DNA of 63,512 nt, filler included, from Sphacelaria rigidula (taxonomy: Eukaryota), in the NCBI GenBank assembly GCA_964200075.2. It is 6 parts of 6 records of this genome, joined end to end, with 100 filler letters (N's around TTAATTAATTAA, not from the genome) between each part and the next. Parts side by side here need not be neighbours in the genome. Positions count along the whole stretch, not along the records: positions 1 to 10,503 come from CAXNAA020006377.1; positions 10,604 to 21,105 come from CAXNAA020006378.1; 4 more parts are not named here. One strand, written 5' to 3'. Each line of letters begins with the position of its first letter. The first letter of the stretch is position 1. Position numbers and translations under genes: made by a program. Shown here one piece after another: positions 1-13,707 of this stretch. A model generated the notes under the pieces. The model did not search any database and was not told the DNA's origin. It saw only the letters and a list, made by a program, of their open reading frames with translations.

Positions 1-108
1 TGTTGGGCATGGTGTGAGAAAAGATCCCAGATCGCTCCGGGAATCGAACCCCACTACTCGACCGTCAGAAGCTTACGAGGTTACCAACTGAGCCACCGGG
101 GGGACCGG
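1..108 (-). mobile_element. tRNA-derived SINE family 1, 5' head (cut by window edge)
   Basis: Reverse strand has A box GGTGGCTCAGTTGGTA and B box GGTTCGATTCCC, followed by the same body as the copies at 31563, 40776 and 61108. Confidence 0.85.
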
Positions 109-429
109 TGTTGATGTGGCGATTACATTTGTTTCAACGAACGTCACGCAGTTTTGTAGTTTCCCAGGGACCGCGCGGCACCCCCCAGGGAGGGGGGAGG
201 GGTATAGGGAATGATGAGCTAATCTAACCATTTGTTCATGTGTATGGGGAAAGTCCTGTCTGTAGCTGAATAAGCGGCTTACAGAGCTTCCGACTGCATC
301 AATGTTTGAAATATTTGAAACCACTGCCGAGCACGTGGTGGAGTAGGCATCAGTGAAAAAAGGGGACGTGCAGTATTTATAGTACCAACAGCTTCCCCGT
401 TTCTCGGGCTTTGGTCTTTGTTCACCTTC

Positions 430-512
430 GGATACGTATATCTTGTGGTTGATGACCATCGCCGGATCCCAGGGGCATCAGTTAGTGTGCGGCAATCAGT
501 CAATCAACTCAA
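430..512 (+). repeat. Dispersed repeat ending in a (CAAT)n-like tail, probable LINE/SINE 3' end
   Basis: Core GGATCCC-GG-GGATCAGTT...TGCG-CAATC recurs at ~36025-36180 (-), ~37585-37770 (-) and ~54470-54622 (+). Confidence 0.6.
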
Positions 513-789
513 CATTTGCCTTTTTTTGCGAGCTGGGTCAGCTCAAAAGCGGCCAAAAGTTGCTCACACCACAGCTTTCCCACTTTTCCGAATGAACCAG
601 ATGTAAGCACATGACTGTGAACTTCAGGCCCACCTGATGACAAGGGACCGCGTCCCTATTTAGTTGGCGTTGTATTGCCCATGACGTTTTTGAACTGCAG
701 AGAGTATGGGGCGCGCCCCATATGATTGGGCGATAGCGTGTCGGAGTTTTTTCTTTTTCTTTTAATGCGGTGGGTTCACGTCACCAATC

Positions 790-1035
790 ACCCCGCACGG
801 CCCAATCCGACGACTCATGAGCTGAAATTTCACCAAGACTTTCTGCACCCAAGGAAATTATGAGTTCCGTGAGTAGCTGCAGATTCTCATTTTTTTGCTG
901 GACCTATGTCATCATCTTGTTTTTTCTAAAATTTCAAATCCCCATAATTTCCTGTTTTTTTTCTTTGCTGCTCACGTGATAATCTGCATGTCGGTCCTAA
1001 AAGCTGCGGTCAAAATTTCAGCGTCCCACTCCTCA
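790..1035 (+). repeat. Dispersed MITE-like repeat
   Basis: Reverse-complement homologue at ~16910-17140 (e.g. GAGCTGAAATTTCA, TTCTGCACCCAAGGAAAT). Confidence 0.7.
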
Positions 1036-2254
1036 TATCGCAGCGGGGCGGAGTTTCCGCTTCACCAACATGTAGGGTTCACATCAAAACGCCACAACTT
1101 GACATCGACGGTCAATTGCTGCATGCGCATCGCCTTCGTGGCCAAACAAAAATGGTATCCTTAGTGTACACACACGTACACGAGATTATCTTGCACTTGA
1201 GGATTTGTTCGCTTCCCGTGCAGTACCCAAAAAAAAGACCGCCTCTGAGCTACTACAGGCCTATACGCTACTTCGACGTACTGCGGTGAAGGTCGGGAGG
1301 TCGTTTGCAAGGAACGACCCCTCGCATCGCACGCGGACTTGATTCTCGGTATCCGAGATGATTTGTGCCATTTTTTGTAGCATCCCTCACGCGCAACGCT
1401 CGCCACGACTCAAACCATCCTTTGCGTTTTCGTGCGCTTAGGAAAAAGGACGGCCATAGCTTTCAAGCCGGTGTCGCTCCAAAACTATGATTACTCCGAT
1501 TCCCAACGTCGGTGCCATGGACGGCACTACTGCAGGACGGCTAGAGTTCACGGGGGTCACAACTGCTATAAATACATGCTGCTGCGCACGCAAAGTATCG
1601 CCAAGACCTTTGGACAGCGCCACTGCCGAGAGAACAAATTTCAAGTTCGAAATGCCAAGTTTAGAGGCGGCGAATCTTGTCCGTCAGACCGCCATCAAGA
1701 AAAAAAACAGTAGGCACAACAAAAATGAACCCTGAAAACAAGTCGGGGGGAAGGTATCCGCTACAAACTTCGCGCTGTGAAAGGCGACAGGATACTGGAG
1801 GAGGAGCGCTTTTACGGCACTTTATATCTGGTGTGTTGCCGCAACAGGAGCAGTAATGCTTGTAGAAGGTGCTTTGTGATCCAAGCTGCCGCGCAGCAGC
1901 GGAAACACGGGTCGCCCACAGGGCGCAAAGGGCGCATGTTTTCAGCCGGGATGCAGACGGCCTGGGGTGAACTCCGTGCCAACCGTCAGCGTGGGTGCAG
2001 CACGGTGCTGCTGTACGTGCATCGAAACACATGAAGTAAATATGAACACGGGTAGGTACCGCAGAATATACCAACGCTGCCTCAGGGCGGTTCATAATTA
2101 CCCGCGGGTGAAGGAGTCAGCACTACACGGCACCAGATGACATGGTTTTATGGGAACAGTTTCTGATTGGCAGCCACAACAGGATATAAAAAGGTCAATG
2201 GCCGTGGTCTTGGTTCCCTGCACGAGATAGGACTTTTCATTCAGAATACCTAGT

Positions 2255-2370
2255 GAGAACTTTTATCTTTTGTGAGGAATAGCAGGGTTTGATTTCGAAA
2301 GAAGAGCCCACGACTGTGACCACGGGTGCGAGAGATCCGGCCAAAATACGAAGGTAATAAAAATAAATAA
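2255..2370 (+). repeat. Dispersed repeat, possible retroelement 3' end
   Basis: GTGAGGAATAGCAGGG...GAGAGATC plus an A-rich tail is also found at ~26718-26840. Confidence 0.55.
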
Positions 2371-5300
2371 TTTGATAGAAGAGAAGAACACCATTTTCAA
2401 ATGTATGAAACTGGGTAAGCTTTTACTTGGCCACCAGTTCTGCTGTGTAACCGAAATATTGCTGCTCTTCCTTTCGGGCAGGGCGTCATGAGGTTGAACC
2501 AGAAACATTAGCCCATCGAAAGGAGGGGGGGGGGGGGGCGTGATTCATACAACACTCCCAAATAGGCGTATTTGCTGTGCTGACTGTAGAACAATATTCA
2601 TTCCCGAGTTGTGCTCTGCACGAGTAGTTGGTATAATTGAGCTGCACCTTTGACTGCGCAGTTTCGAGCTGCGGTTTGTTTTCCGAAGACAGAACTACAC
2701 ATATAGTGCACCACCACTGTATGGTAAGACGGTTGAGCCTAGGTCTCATCTAGTTGTTCAAGTTCACAATACCACTGTCGGGGGTGATGAATAACGTGAC
2801 ACTGAAACGGCGGTTTTGCCGCTGCGTTTGTCGGGTATTATGAGCGGCTACTGACGCTATTACGCGTGCTGCAAACTCTTGGAATCAACGAAAATCTACA
2901 TCTGAACTCGAGAGACGCGACATCCAATCTTTCGATTGCCAACGAGGAAAGCTGCAGTGCAGTAGAGTGCAAACATTCGAGGTCCCCATCAACATAGTGG
3001 AGCAGCGAAAAGATAGTACAGTGAGTGCAGTACAGAGCACTATAAGAGCAGTACAATTACACGGGGGTAGTGAACCAGACCCAACCTTTTCGGAATGCTT
3101 GAACACATGCAGCGTGAACTTGTGGTACTTGCAGGCTTGAGGGAAGAAGTAAAGTGACCAAGCCAACGAAACACCCTTCCATGAAGAGTTGCTTAGACTC
3201 TTATAAAAATAAAAGGCGTTGCATAGTCGTGTTTTATCGTGGGCGCAACTAGATGTTGTCTGCAAGACCCAGCCCATGGGAGCTTATTTCGACCTCCTGT
3301 TGTAGAGCCACTGATGACAAAACAATCGCCCCTCACCTTGAAAACAGGTAGGTATGTAGTACAGATGAAAAAACTCTTGTGAAGGTTGGCGTAACGAACA
3401 GTACGGTGTTACGGATTGCGTGGTGGAATGTTATTGTTGCTGAGCGTTCGCGTCGATGGTGACCCAAGAGCTGATGCCTGGCTCTAGAGACAAGAGGGGT
3501 TACATGTGTGGGTGTGACAGTACCTACCTACTTTGTGCAGGACGGGTCTTTTCGGCCGCTAAAATTGACCCAAATAAAAACAGCGGTGGACTCTCTCGTT
3601 CAGCAAGCTTGTGAGGTATACCGAAGAGCGCACATGGCACAGCCTTGGACAGAGATAAACAGCGAGGGCACGAGTACGACAACCAAATACACAACGAACC
3701 AAGTGTCTCCTTGGGAACCTATTGCTACTGTAGCACTGTTGTATTGAACACATACGTGGACAACCAAGTAGCCTCAGCATACACAGAACACAACCCACAT
3801 CGCGCTTTCAAATCAGCCGACCGTGGTTATCGCAAATGTAAGGGATATGTCCATTAAAATGATATATGGAAATGTGCCGTATATTTAGGGTTGAAAAAGC
3901 AGTCGGCCTGTTTCGCGCACTCCAACCCCACACAAAGCGCTTTTTTCCGAAATGATTTGATCACTTTCGCGCCGAAACAAAACACTAGCTGTCTTCGCCC
4001 CCAAGTCACACACAATACTCACATGCACTGCCAAGAAGGGTACCGCCGGGTGAGAATTTGACGGCTGCCACGGCTCTCCGGTGGTAGCCGCAGATGGTCT
4101 TCCGCTGGTAATTACACGGTGGTATCTTTGAAGGCATGATCACAAGTCAGCGCTACAACTCTGCCCAGGACCTGGGAGGTATGGCGTGTAAAACTGCCGT
4201 CTTTTTCCGGGTGGGGTGGCTGGCGGGCGCTTTGGTTTGGGTGGGCTTTCGTGTTTTTTTCTCTGAAGGACTCGATGATCCAACGCGCTGTTGGGAATCA
4301 GAGAGTATGGTATGAAGCGCTTGGCCGTCCTTTTATCCTCCCACGAAGCCACCTGGTAGTGTTTGGACAAGAGCAGTGCTCTTTCTCACAACACTGATAC
4401 TGATCACACGTGACAAATCACTACAGTCAGTACAGTACAATAATCTGTAGTACCGGTACGAACAGGAAGTACAGTAGCGCAGAACTACAGGACCAATAGT
4501 ACAACAAATACAGCACGACACTGAAGTACAGGGGATAATCGTGACAGATATGCTGATTTCAGAGGGACATTCTAAAACCGAATTAATTGGAACATGGCAT
4601 TAGCAAGCGCGGGTAGCTGAGCACGGTCTGCCTGTGGAATCTGGAATCGGAGCATATCATACCCCTCCGTCAAGCACAAACACACACATCCACAACTGGG
4701 CGCCCAACGTGGATGAGCAGCAAAGCACACGAGCCTGAAAGCAAGAAACGGAGGTTTTCCACCAACGCAGAAACAGCAACAATGGCTGCGAATGGAGCAC
4801 CTGGTGCGCAATGTAAACTGTCGTGTAGCACTTATATCTGAAATGCTCAGCCCACACAAATCCGTAGTACAGTACTCGTGATAAGTGCGACGCCTGTTCC
4901 TCCATCTGTAGCAGTGGACTGTCTCCGCGCGCCTGCAGAGGTTTATCAAAGCCCCTCATTCACAGAAATGCCATAATGTAGACGTGTTGGGTGCTGATCA
5001 TTCGATGCGCTCCGGCAGGTAAATCCGCACAAACAGACCATTTTTCGTGTACCCACTGAGTACAATCTATTTAGTGACCGTAACCACGCGCAATTTCTGG
5101 TTTCTTCAGAACGCTGGGTGAAGGTGCAGGTGGGATTACTCGCGAAGTATCCATCAACTGTCCGGCACGTCGCCCATTGCTCTCACACCGTCGGTATAGA
5201 ATGGAAGTCGGCGGAGAGATAACTGGAAGGCATCGTTGGTGTATCATTCCTCCTTTGCATAGGCACTTGATGTTTTGACTTGCTCTGACAAGCGCCAACC

Positions 5301-8300
5301 GCCTTCTGTCTTACCTATCTTCGCGGGAGATTGCGGCGCATAAGCGACTGAGTGCGGGAACATTTTTGAAAACGCGATCTCGAACAATCATGATGACCCT
5401 CCCCTGTGCTGACTGTTGATAATGTAGTGACTGCACACCCGGTTGTGCAGTATAATAGTGGGCGTGATGTATAAACTGATCACAAGTATATCACGGTGAT
5501 CTCCGGCGCACGATCAGCCACTTGGCACCCTATCCGTACGCGGGCCGATACGTGAGTTCCAATATCTGGCGTGTAGACGATGGCACACGACATGCGTTGA
5601 CATGTGTTGGGAGTAGCTTGCACAGGCAGTTTTGGACGCTGTTTCTTCTGCCTGGTGTTGTTGGTCCGTGCACCCGGCTGTTATATGAAGTTTGAGTCCA
5701 GCAGTCCGGCGCCGTACAACGCAAGTACCCTGCACAGTCAGCGGAATACGGTACGTAAATGGGTGTAAAGCAGTCACGCAAATGCAGTGCAACAGACTTA
5801 TCACAGCTCTGGCCACCAACCAGCTCTCGACTCCCCGCAGACCATTTTGTGCCGTACAACCTTGTGATATTCAAATTTGGATTTCGAGTATTTCGCGGTC
5901 GCTGTGGATCCACTTGTGGGAACTACCGACGGCACTTATCAACAGACTGTTCCGTCTCCTCCATAGTGAACACATGTTGTCCAGTGATTGGGCCCGTTGT
6001 GAACTGTGGTCATCAATTGAATGGATAGACAGGGCAGAAAGCCTGCACCCATAGGTAACCCCTATAATTTTTCCGACGTCAGTAATGCTGTCGGCGAGTC
6101 CAAGGCGGGACAAAACTGTTGTAGTGGAGGTGCGTGTATCCCTTTGATACGAGCCTCTTTTCGGAACAGAAGTTAGTACCGCTGAAGCAAGGCGCGGGGT
6201 GGGAGCAAGCGGGAAAAGGGCATGCTGGCTCGATGTCACTATTACCATGTAACAGCCCGGGAAACTCGTGGTGTAGTCGTGTACTTGAAGAAATGTTTTG
6301 GGGTAAACGACGGGGTTACCGCACAAGTACGAGCGAACGAAAAACTCCCAGGGAACCGATGTTCATGGAACGCAGACGACGGGGCGTAGCTTATTGTGCA
6401 TGTTTTCCCGTCCTGCCCTGTATTCCGTGTCGAGAACTTTCTGAAGAGGAGAGAAGCACTGATGAATGCCTATGTGGGTAGAGTTCGAGTGTTGGAAGCC
6501 ACCTGTGAATATGCTTGTTTGACTGCAGAAGTCAAAATGACTGCTGCTTCGTGGTTGTATCTACGGAGATCCCGCAGAGAGTATCTCATCTCAGTCAAGA
6601 ACACTCCCCGTTTATGTGGTACAGTACAGTAGGACACCAGTGACGAAATCTCTGAGCAAACAGAAGAAAATCAATGAGGAGGGAAACTCGGTCTTCCGAG
6701 CAAGAGCCCTCTCCCGTAGACTTTCAACGCTTGTGTTCGAAGTCAAAAGCTCCTTTTTGTTGACACCAGTGAGAGCAAGTGCACGTCACGCCTGGAAGCA
6801 CCCTACAAACCCGTGCTGCTCAGAGTAGCGTGGCCAGCTTGACGCGATGTAAGCACGAATGCTTCGCGTAGACCAAGACGTGCAACGCCTATGAGCTGGG
6901 CCACTCTAGAAGCCCACATTCCTCCAGCGCACGAGAACTTACTAAGTTCAACAAATTTGCCGCATTTCAGCCTTCACCTGCTGCCTGGTCGCTCGCTCTA
7001 CTGCGGTTCTCTCAATCACGTCTCGATGATACCATCGAGAACAGCATGCGCCTCAACAGCCACCGAGTTCATGGGTACGGGTTGTTATGAAATAATTAAA
7101 CTCAATTCAGCTATATTTTCGTTGTTGTCCATGGTTCTTGAACAGATTTAACCCGCGATTTCTGTGTTGGTGTACACACGTGCTCTACTCAATCCCCATG
7201 TACCGCAGAAAAGTCAACAAGATTGATTTGTTTGGGGGGGGGTTTCATGACCAGGCCCGGTCTGGGCTTTATTTCTCTCTGCCAGCTGGCTACAGCCCAA
7301 AACAGTAGAGTATCTCGATGGCAATTTCACAAGCATCATGCCACCGTGAAGCAAGCTCACGGTACACCTTCGAAAGGGGGCGGTGTTCTAGCACACGAGA
7401 TCGCAGACCGAAGAGAGATACATGTTCACGTTAGCTGTCCTGTGTTCGGTGTGTTGAGTGCTTGGTGGTCTTCGACACTGCATCTCTGAAAAAAATTCAG
7501 GCGAAGCACCGACTGTGTCTTTACCGCTAGATGCGCCAACCCCAGTCAGGCAGTGGGCATCGCGTGAGCCACCCAGAACAGAAGCACGACGGCCAACAAT
7601 AGGGAGCCAGCAGCGTTGATGCTGAAGCAGTTCTTTTCTCGGGGTTGTTCTGTCTGGAAGCATGGAGCAATGCACAACGACGACGATAGCACCGTCTGAT
7701 CTCATGCCCGGCCCGTATCCAAACTCATGGAGGGTACAGGAGGAGGAACAAGTTGAGCGCAAATGGAGACTGCAACGCCAACCCTGGCCACCGCAACCAT
7801 ACCGTAGGCACGACGACGCCCATATCGAACGTTTGGTGTTCCAACCCGTATCTAGAAAGACGAAGCACCCCTTTTGAGGCCGTTGTTGTCGTGGATACCA
7901 TTTCTCCGCAGCACGGTCCTGTACTGCGGCTGCGGGCTGCAGAAGGCCGATGAACACAAGTGTGACGGAGTCCGTACTAAAATCAACTTTGCGTTATGAA
8001 ATGCGTTATGAAACATGGAGGGACTGATGATTATTGCATCTATTGACAATATATTGTCCAGGGTGTGCAACCCTCCGAACGTTTCATGTACACGTGCGTG
8101 TCCTTTTCAGCCCTTGCAAATGCTGGGTCTAATCAAGGTGTTTCGAAGGCCATCCCTCTTGTACTGCTACGGCCATGACCGATTTGGTGGGGGCCGTACA
8201 TACTGTAGCTGCAGGCATCTCGAAGCAGTCTACTGTTGCGAAAACTCTGTCCGAAGCAACGCGCTACGAGTCGACCTTCGCCTTGGAAAATTGACCTTCG

Positions 8301-9387
8301 CCGCCGGTGTTTGACGAAAAATCCATGTCGCTGTTATATATCATTCACTTCTTCCGTTATTGCACCGGTCGAAGTCGTTCCTGCACTCTTGTAATCTTGT
8401 GAACCGTTTGGTTCTCCACGCGTGACAGCAATCCACACTTCGTTGTACTCCGACCCTGCTTCATCGGCTGCCTGTATTGATAGGGGCGCTTTTTGAATTA
8501 TCACTACTATATAAACCGCTCGGAAAACGCGGACCGGAACAGGCAGGCCAAGCAAGTGAAATTCATGGTCGTATGGCTCATGATCGACGTTGTCACCGTG
8601 ACCATGTTGGTCGCCTCCTAATTTTCCTCTGCCAAACCCTCAGCACTATTTCCGTGCCCACTTTTTCCAGCTTCACTTTTTTTCCCGCTTCCGCCTTTTC
8701 AAGCACTCTCGCGAACCTCGCTTTTGCATACGCTTCCTCCACCCCCGCTTTTGCATAGCCCATGGTAGCTTGTAGCCCCTCTTCTCCCACTTGTGTGCCA
8801 TCCCCCTCGTCACGCTACGCGTGCGACATCCCATTTGGGGAGGCCGGGACAATTCATCTTTTGGCATGGGGCCCCAATAGCTGGGTGCTTGGGAGTCCCA
8901 AGACCCCCACCCTTCTCCCGCCGCCCGTCGATGTCGCCGTATTGCTCGGGGGGTTTCGTGGTTGTTGGCGGCAAAGGTGGTTGAGTTTCTGTTGACGATG
9001 GTGAAGATGTTGTAGTTTTTTTCTTTCCTCAACGAGAGGAGAAAATCCAATCCAACACCTACCCCGCGAGCGAGTTGCGCAAGCGAGTTCGTGTGCTGAT
9101 TACCGGTAGGCCAGACCATCTCGCGGCAGGCGACGGTGTAGATGGTGCCGTAGATCTTGGCGGTGTCGACGGAGCCACCTAGTGAACCGCATATCTTGAA
9201 TGGGGCATCGGTGGAGTCACCCCGCGTTCTTCGCCGGTGCAAGGAGACAGCGAAGTCATTCCGCAACAAGCGAACACGCTAAAAAAGACAACTTAAAAAA
9301 AAAAAAAATCCAGTTCGCCCCCCTTGCGAAAAAAAAATGACCAAGCAATTATGTCCGAAACCCCTTTCGCCTGTGTCTGGTCTGCAG

Positions 9388-9482
9388 TGGATGGGACGGA
9401 GTACGAGTATGACGTGGCTGTTATCGGAGGCGGGTCCGGCGGGATGGCTGTCGCCAAGAAGGCAGCCTCTTTCGGCGCCAAG
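9388..9482 (+). CDS. TrxR: Thioredoxin reductase (high-Mr type), exon with the FAD-binding motif
   Basis: DGTEYEYDVAVIGGGSGGMAVAKKAASFGAK; CAG acceptor and AAG|GT donor; the start could alternatively be the in-frame ATG at 9351. Confidence 0.9.
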
Positions 9483-9892
9483 GTGTGTTGAGCTCGATGC
9501 AGTGGGTGCGCTCGCTAATTCTAGACGTGGTGACTGGCGTGTAGTCGGTGAACATCCCGCGGTCTTGGCGGGTACAGCAGTGCCGTAGCCTGCACCCGAA
9601 AATGAAAGCGCATTTTGAGACAGCCTCAAGCTTCACTTACGAAACAGAGTCGGCATTTTCTACGATAGCCCCCCCCCCCCCAAAGAAGAAGAGTGCCTGG
9701 TTTGGGGATGCAAGATCTACACGTGAACCGAAATGAAACTAGCCGAGCACAACGAGCAGCTGGGAATTTCCGCGCTTAGATTCGTTTTCGCCGATGTCCC
9801 CCATATGAGGCGCTTCATGCAGCATAAAACCAAACATGAGGCGCCGTATGACCAATTTCTTCATGACAGTCCTGGGCTGGCTTTGAGGGGGG

Positions 9893-9960
9893 GATATTTT
9901 TTTTTTCGCACTCTTTGAGCCCTCCCCTTCCTCGGGATGAGTCCGTGGTCTCAAGTATTA
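9893..9960 (-). mobile_element. SINE family 2, 3' end, inside the TrxR intron
   Basis: Reverse complement of TGAGACCACGGACTCATCCCGAGGAAGGGGAGGG seen at ~52497-52530. Confidence 0.75.
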
Positions 9961-9961
9961 A

Positions 9962-10210
<249 letters not shown>

Positions 10211-10410
10211 TGAGGTGATCGAGACAAACGGCTACAGCACGTGTTTTACTTTTTTTTGTCGTCGTGGCATGTCGCGGCACTCTTTGGCGCGCTTGAGCTG
10301 GTGTACGGATTAGGCGACGCACGTTGCTCCGAAGCCTTCATTCCTATCTCTTCTATGCTTGTTGTCATGCCGCAAAAGGGCGCAAATGCATGGCCGCTGC
10401 ATAGAGCCAT

Positions 10411-10446
<36 letters not shown>

Positions 10447-10503
10447 CGAGGAACGGGAAGGGGGGGGGGGGAGGGTGAGAGAGGAGGTGGGCGGCTTCGG
10501 AGA

Positions 10504-10603
10504 NNNNNNNNNNNNNNNNNNNNNNNNNNNNNNNNNNNNNNNNNNNNTTAATTAATTAANNNNNNNNNNNNNNNNNNNNNNNNNNNNNNNNNNNNNNNNN
10601 NNN
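10504..10603. other. Artificial contig spacer
   Basis: N44-TTAATTAATTAA-N44, a six-frame stop linker. Confidence 0.98.
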
Positions 10604-10669
10604 CACGAGTTGAATCATTATACTACAACCAAGTAATTTCCAGACGAATCATTATTTGTCCGACCCTTG
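10604..10669. mobile_element. hAT-like MITE terminus (cut by contig start)
   Basis: Reverse complement of the start of element 41323-41581 (CAAGGGTCGGACAAAT...GATTCGTCTGGAAATTACTT). Confidence 0.75.
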
Positions 10670-10989
10670 ATATATACACACACGGCCGCGAAGACAATAT
10701 CGGTGTGCCGGCAATTCACACTCGAAATTAGTAACACGGTGCATTCATTCCTACTGAAAATTCGGTGGAAAGGTCACGGAGGCGCTCTTTTTGTACTGTA
10801 TTGACACTCCATTCGCTCGATCACACCTTGTGTCACGCGACTTCTCCGATTGGACGTGTTGCAACCAGGAGGTCGAAAAAGACCCTCGGATGTGAAGCTA
10901 CACCGTTGAGTTAGGAGGTGTTGACGTAAAGTCCGCGAGAACCGGGTCAAATGTGCTGGTACGAGCGCCACATGGGGGTTTCAGTTGTT

Positions 10990-11485
10990 CACGGTTAGGA
11001 CAAATCACGAGTTATACGAGTCGACTCCTCATGACATGGCAGCAGTCAACCTGTAGTCAACAGTTCATCCCGCATGCACCCGACGGTGAACAACATATGC
11101 AGTGCAGTCATCTCAACCGCATACAGATTGGGGGAAATAGTACGACTGATGCAAGGCCCATGTCATGACAGGATTCAACGATGTGCCGACTCTTCGTCCC
11201 GCACGGAGACATACGCATGGCATAGATGTAGATGACATTCACGCCTCATGGCAAGTGTGGGTGGCATGTACGATCGGTTCATTCTGCCTTTTTTACAGGG
11301 GATTAGTATGTATCCATGAACCACCCCCTATGACCTGAAGGTGGGAAACAGGTACCGTTGGCGGTGTACTGCACGACACAGGAGCTCAAAACCTGTATGA
11401 ATTACAAATGATGTACGAATCGCATGATTTATTCGTTGAAATGAATTTCATGAGTTGAATGACGATTTTATTTGTCCCAACTGTG
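10990..11485. mobile_element. hAT-like MITE, 496 bp
   Basis: TIRs CACGGTTAGGACAAAT / ATTTGTCCCAACTGTG; perfect 8-bp TSD CAGTTGTT at 10982-10989 and 11486-11493. Confidence 0.88.
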
Positions 11486-13409
11486 CAGTTGTTCCACCCG
11501 TGGATACCGTTGAGTTCGTTTGGGGATGCCACCGACTTCATAAGAAGATATACCGTTGAATTAATTCGAGATTAGAGCAGTATCTGGGCTAATGTGGCCA
11601 CTTTTCTTGTTTGCGTTCAAAACATACAAGCTGGGCCGGCCAAAAGCTCGAGCACCAGTATTGCCACACGGAGCCCGCCCTTTCGAGTTGGGATCTACGA
11701 CCTTTGACGCGTGTTTAAACAAATGCACTGACCATTTTTCTTTCGTCGCCGAGTTACGACCTAACAATCAAGTTCACGTTTGTTTTCGTACATCGTATCT
11801 GGGCGAGGAAACAATCGAAAGAAAAGTTCCTGGAGAATTTGAATGTGCCGGCAACGACTTTGCAAATGACGGGATGAAATATCAAGCCTAAGCTTTGGAT
11901 ATTGCCAAAAGTGGTGTGCAGCGGACCATATGGGAAGATGTATAACTAGTGGTCGGCTGTACCGCTGCATCAAGCAGGATCCGTGGTACAACGGTACGGA
12001 AACGGCAGTAGAATCGCAGCTGTCGATAATACATAATCGTGGCATCAGTACTCCCACAAGTCGTAAAGACGTATTTGCTTCCTGCGGTTTGTGCTCGCTG
12101 CGCTGCCCTAGCGTTGGAAAACAATAGCACGCCGTGCCCTACCGGAGCATCTGGTATGATGTTGTTGGGAGCATCATGCTTTGCAAACACACGCCGCAAC
12201 AGAGAGTAGTACACACAGCGTGGTACTGGCAGGAAGTTCCCCCGTTGAGTTGGTGTTGGTCAATGATTGTACTTCTTGTTCTGGTGTTGCGAAGAATCCG
12301 CCCACCATGTTGGTGATTCGGACGGTGTAGTTGTCTCTAGCCTGCTCCGGGCCAGATATGACGCCACGTGTGAAAGGCACAGAGACAGGCTGAATTTAAC
12401 ATCCTCCAGAGGATGCCGTAAAGGCATGAAACGTGGTTGCTATAGCTGGCACTATACTCTTAGCCCCTATGTGTACGGATGGGTACATCGCTCGAGTCGT
12501 GCGGCTGTCAATGACGTCAACGTATAACAGCAAACCGCGTATGTATATACTCTGCTTGTCCGGAAATGTAAGCAAGGTGGGGAAAAAAAGCGGTCTTTAC
12601 TCCGGCCTTTTTTTTCCCTTCTGGACGGTTATTTTCTTCGCTTTCGACGCTTCCGCGCGGTTTTCCCCAAACCGATCTTTTTCAAAATTTTCCACCAATG
12701 CCAGTAGACGTAAGTCGAAATTACCACCCTCACTTGGAACCTCGGGTCGAACGCCACACACCACTGCCGAGAGTGCCTCCCAGGGGCCAAAGTGCAATAT
12801 TTTCAGCGATTTGCAAAAGGATGCGGTGATTCGGTACCTACTCGCTAGTTATATTCCCCGATATCCCAACCAGGGGACGCGAAATATCCATCCCCTCCCT
12901 TCTGGGGCCCATTTTTTTACATCTATTCGTATGATATCCGTTTGTATTTTATACACGTCGGACATCAAACAAGGACTAAATCACTAAATCACGTACTTCG
13001 GAGCGTATGGTAAAAACCTTGCTTATATTTCCGGATAGAGGGAGTACATATTAAAGACGCCATGATTTGTTTTTGCCAGACGTTCGGGCAGGGGTTTGAC
13101 GTTCGAGTTCCGACCACCCTCCTGGTGAACACGCTCCTCCTTGTGAGGTAATAGTTGTACTACGCCTTAGTGAAGCTTCTCTCGTGCGAGCAACATGTGG
13201 TTATTGAGCATTAAATGTATGCTAAATATAAAGATTCAGATAAGTAGACACTCCGTTCGGTGCTCGCTGCACGCGTCTTACCATTTCCAAAAATACCCAT
13301 CTGTCGTCATGCCTCAAAGTATGTTGCTACTGACATTCACTCATCACGTCGGCCTGTGAGCGAACGTTGCCCACGGCAGCCTTGTATCGCGTGCACCAAA
13401 GAAAATTTA

Positions 13410-13670
13410 CAGGGATATACAAGTTACACGTGCCATAGCGTTACACGTAACGTTCACGTTACGTTTTGGCCGAAACGTAACGTGAACGTTAATTTTTTTT
13501 CACGTTATGAACGTAACGTCAACGTAACGTCAAATTTTCAAATGTAACGTTAACGTGACGTTATTTTTTTTTACGTGACGAACGTAACGTTAATTTTTCA
13601 AATGTAACCTTAACGTAACGTCAAAAAACAATTACATGATGGACGTGAACGTGTAACGTGTATAGCCCTG
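13410..13670. mobile_element. hAT-like MITE, 261 bp, full of AACGT/ACGTT motifs
   Basis: TIRs CAGGGATATACAAGTTACACGT / ACGTGTAACGTGTATAGCCCTG; TSD AAAATTTA / AAAAATTA (7 of 8 match). Confidence 0.88.
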
Positions 13671-13707
13671 AAAAATTACTCTTCATCGTCGTGATGTGTG
13701 CATACAG

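Noticed and set aside
1-108. tRNA genes (also at 31563, ~41050-41131, 52251 and ~61390-61470)
   Set aside because: A/B boxes are present, but there is no proper acceptor or anticodon stem and each runs into a repeated SINE body
8334-9269. Minus-strand gene divergent from TrxR (MGYAKAGVEEAYAK...)
   Set aside because: Looks partly coding, but I could build no consistent exon chain or recognise any homology
10412-10470. Poly-G / G-quadruplex tract
   Set aside because: Simple homopolymer at a contig end; length unreliable
13430-13660. CRISPR-like or regulatory array of AACGT motifs
   Set aside because: No repeat-spacer periodicity; explained as MITE interior
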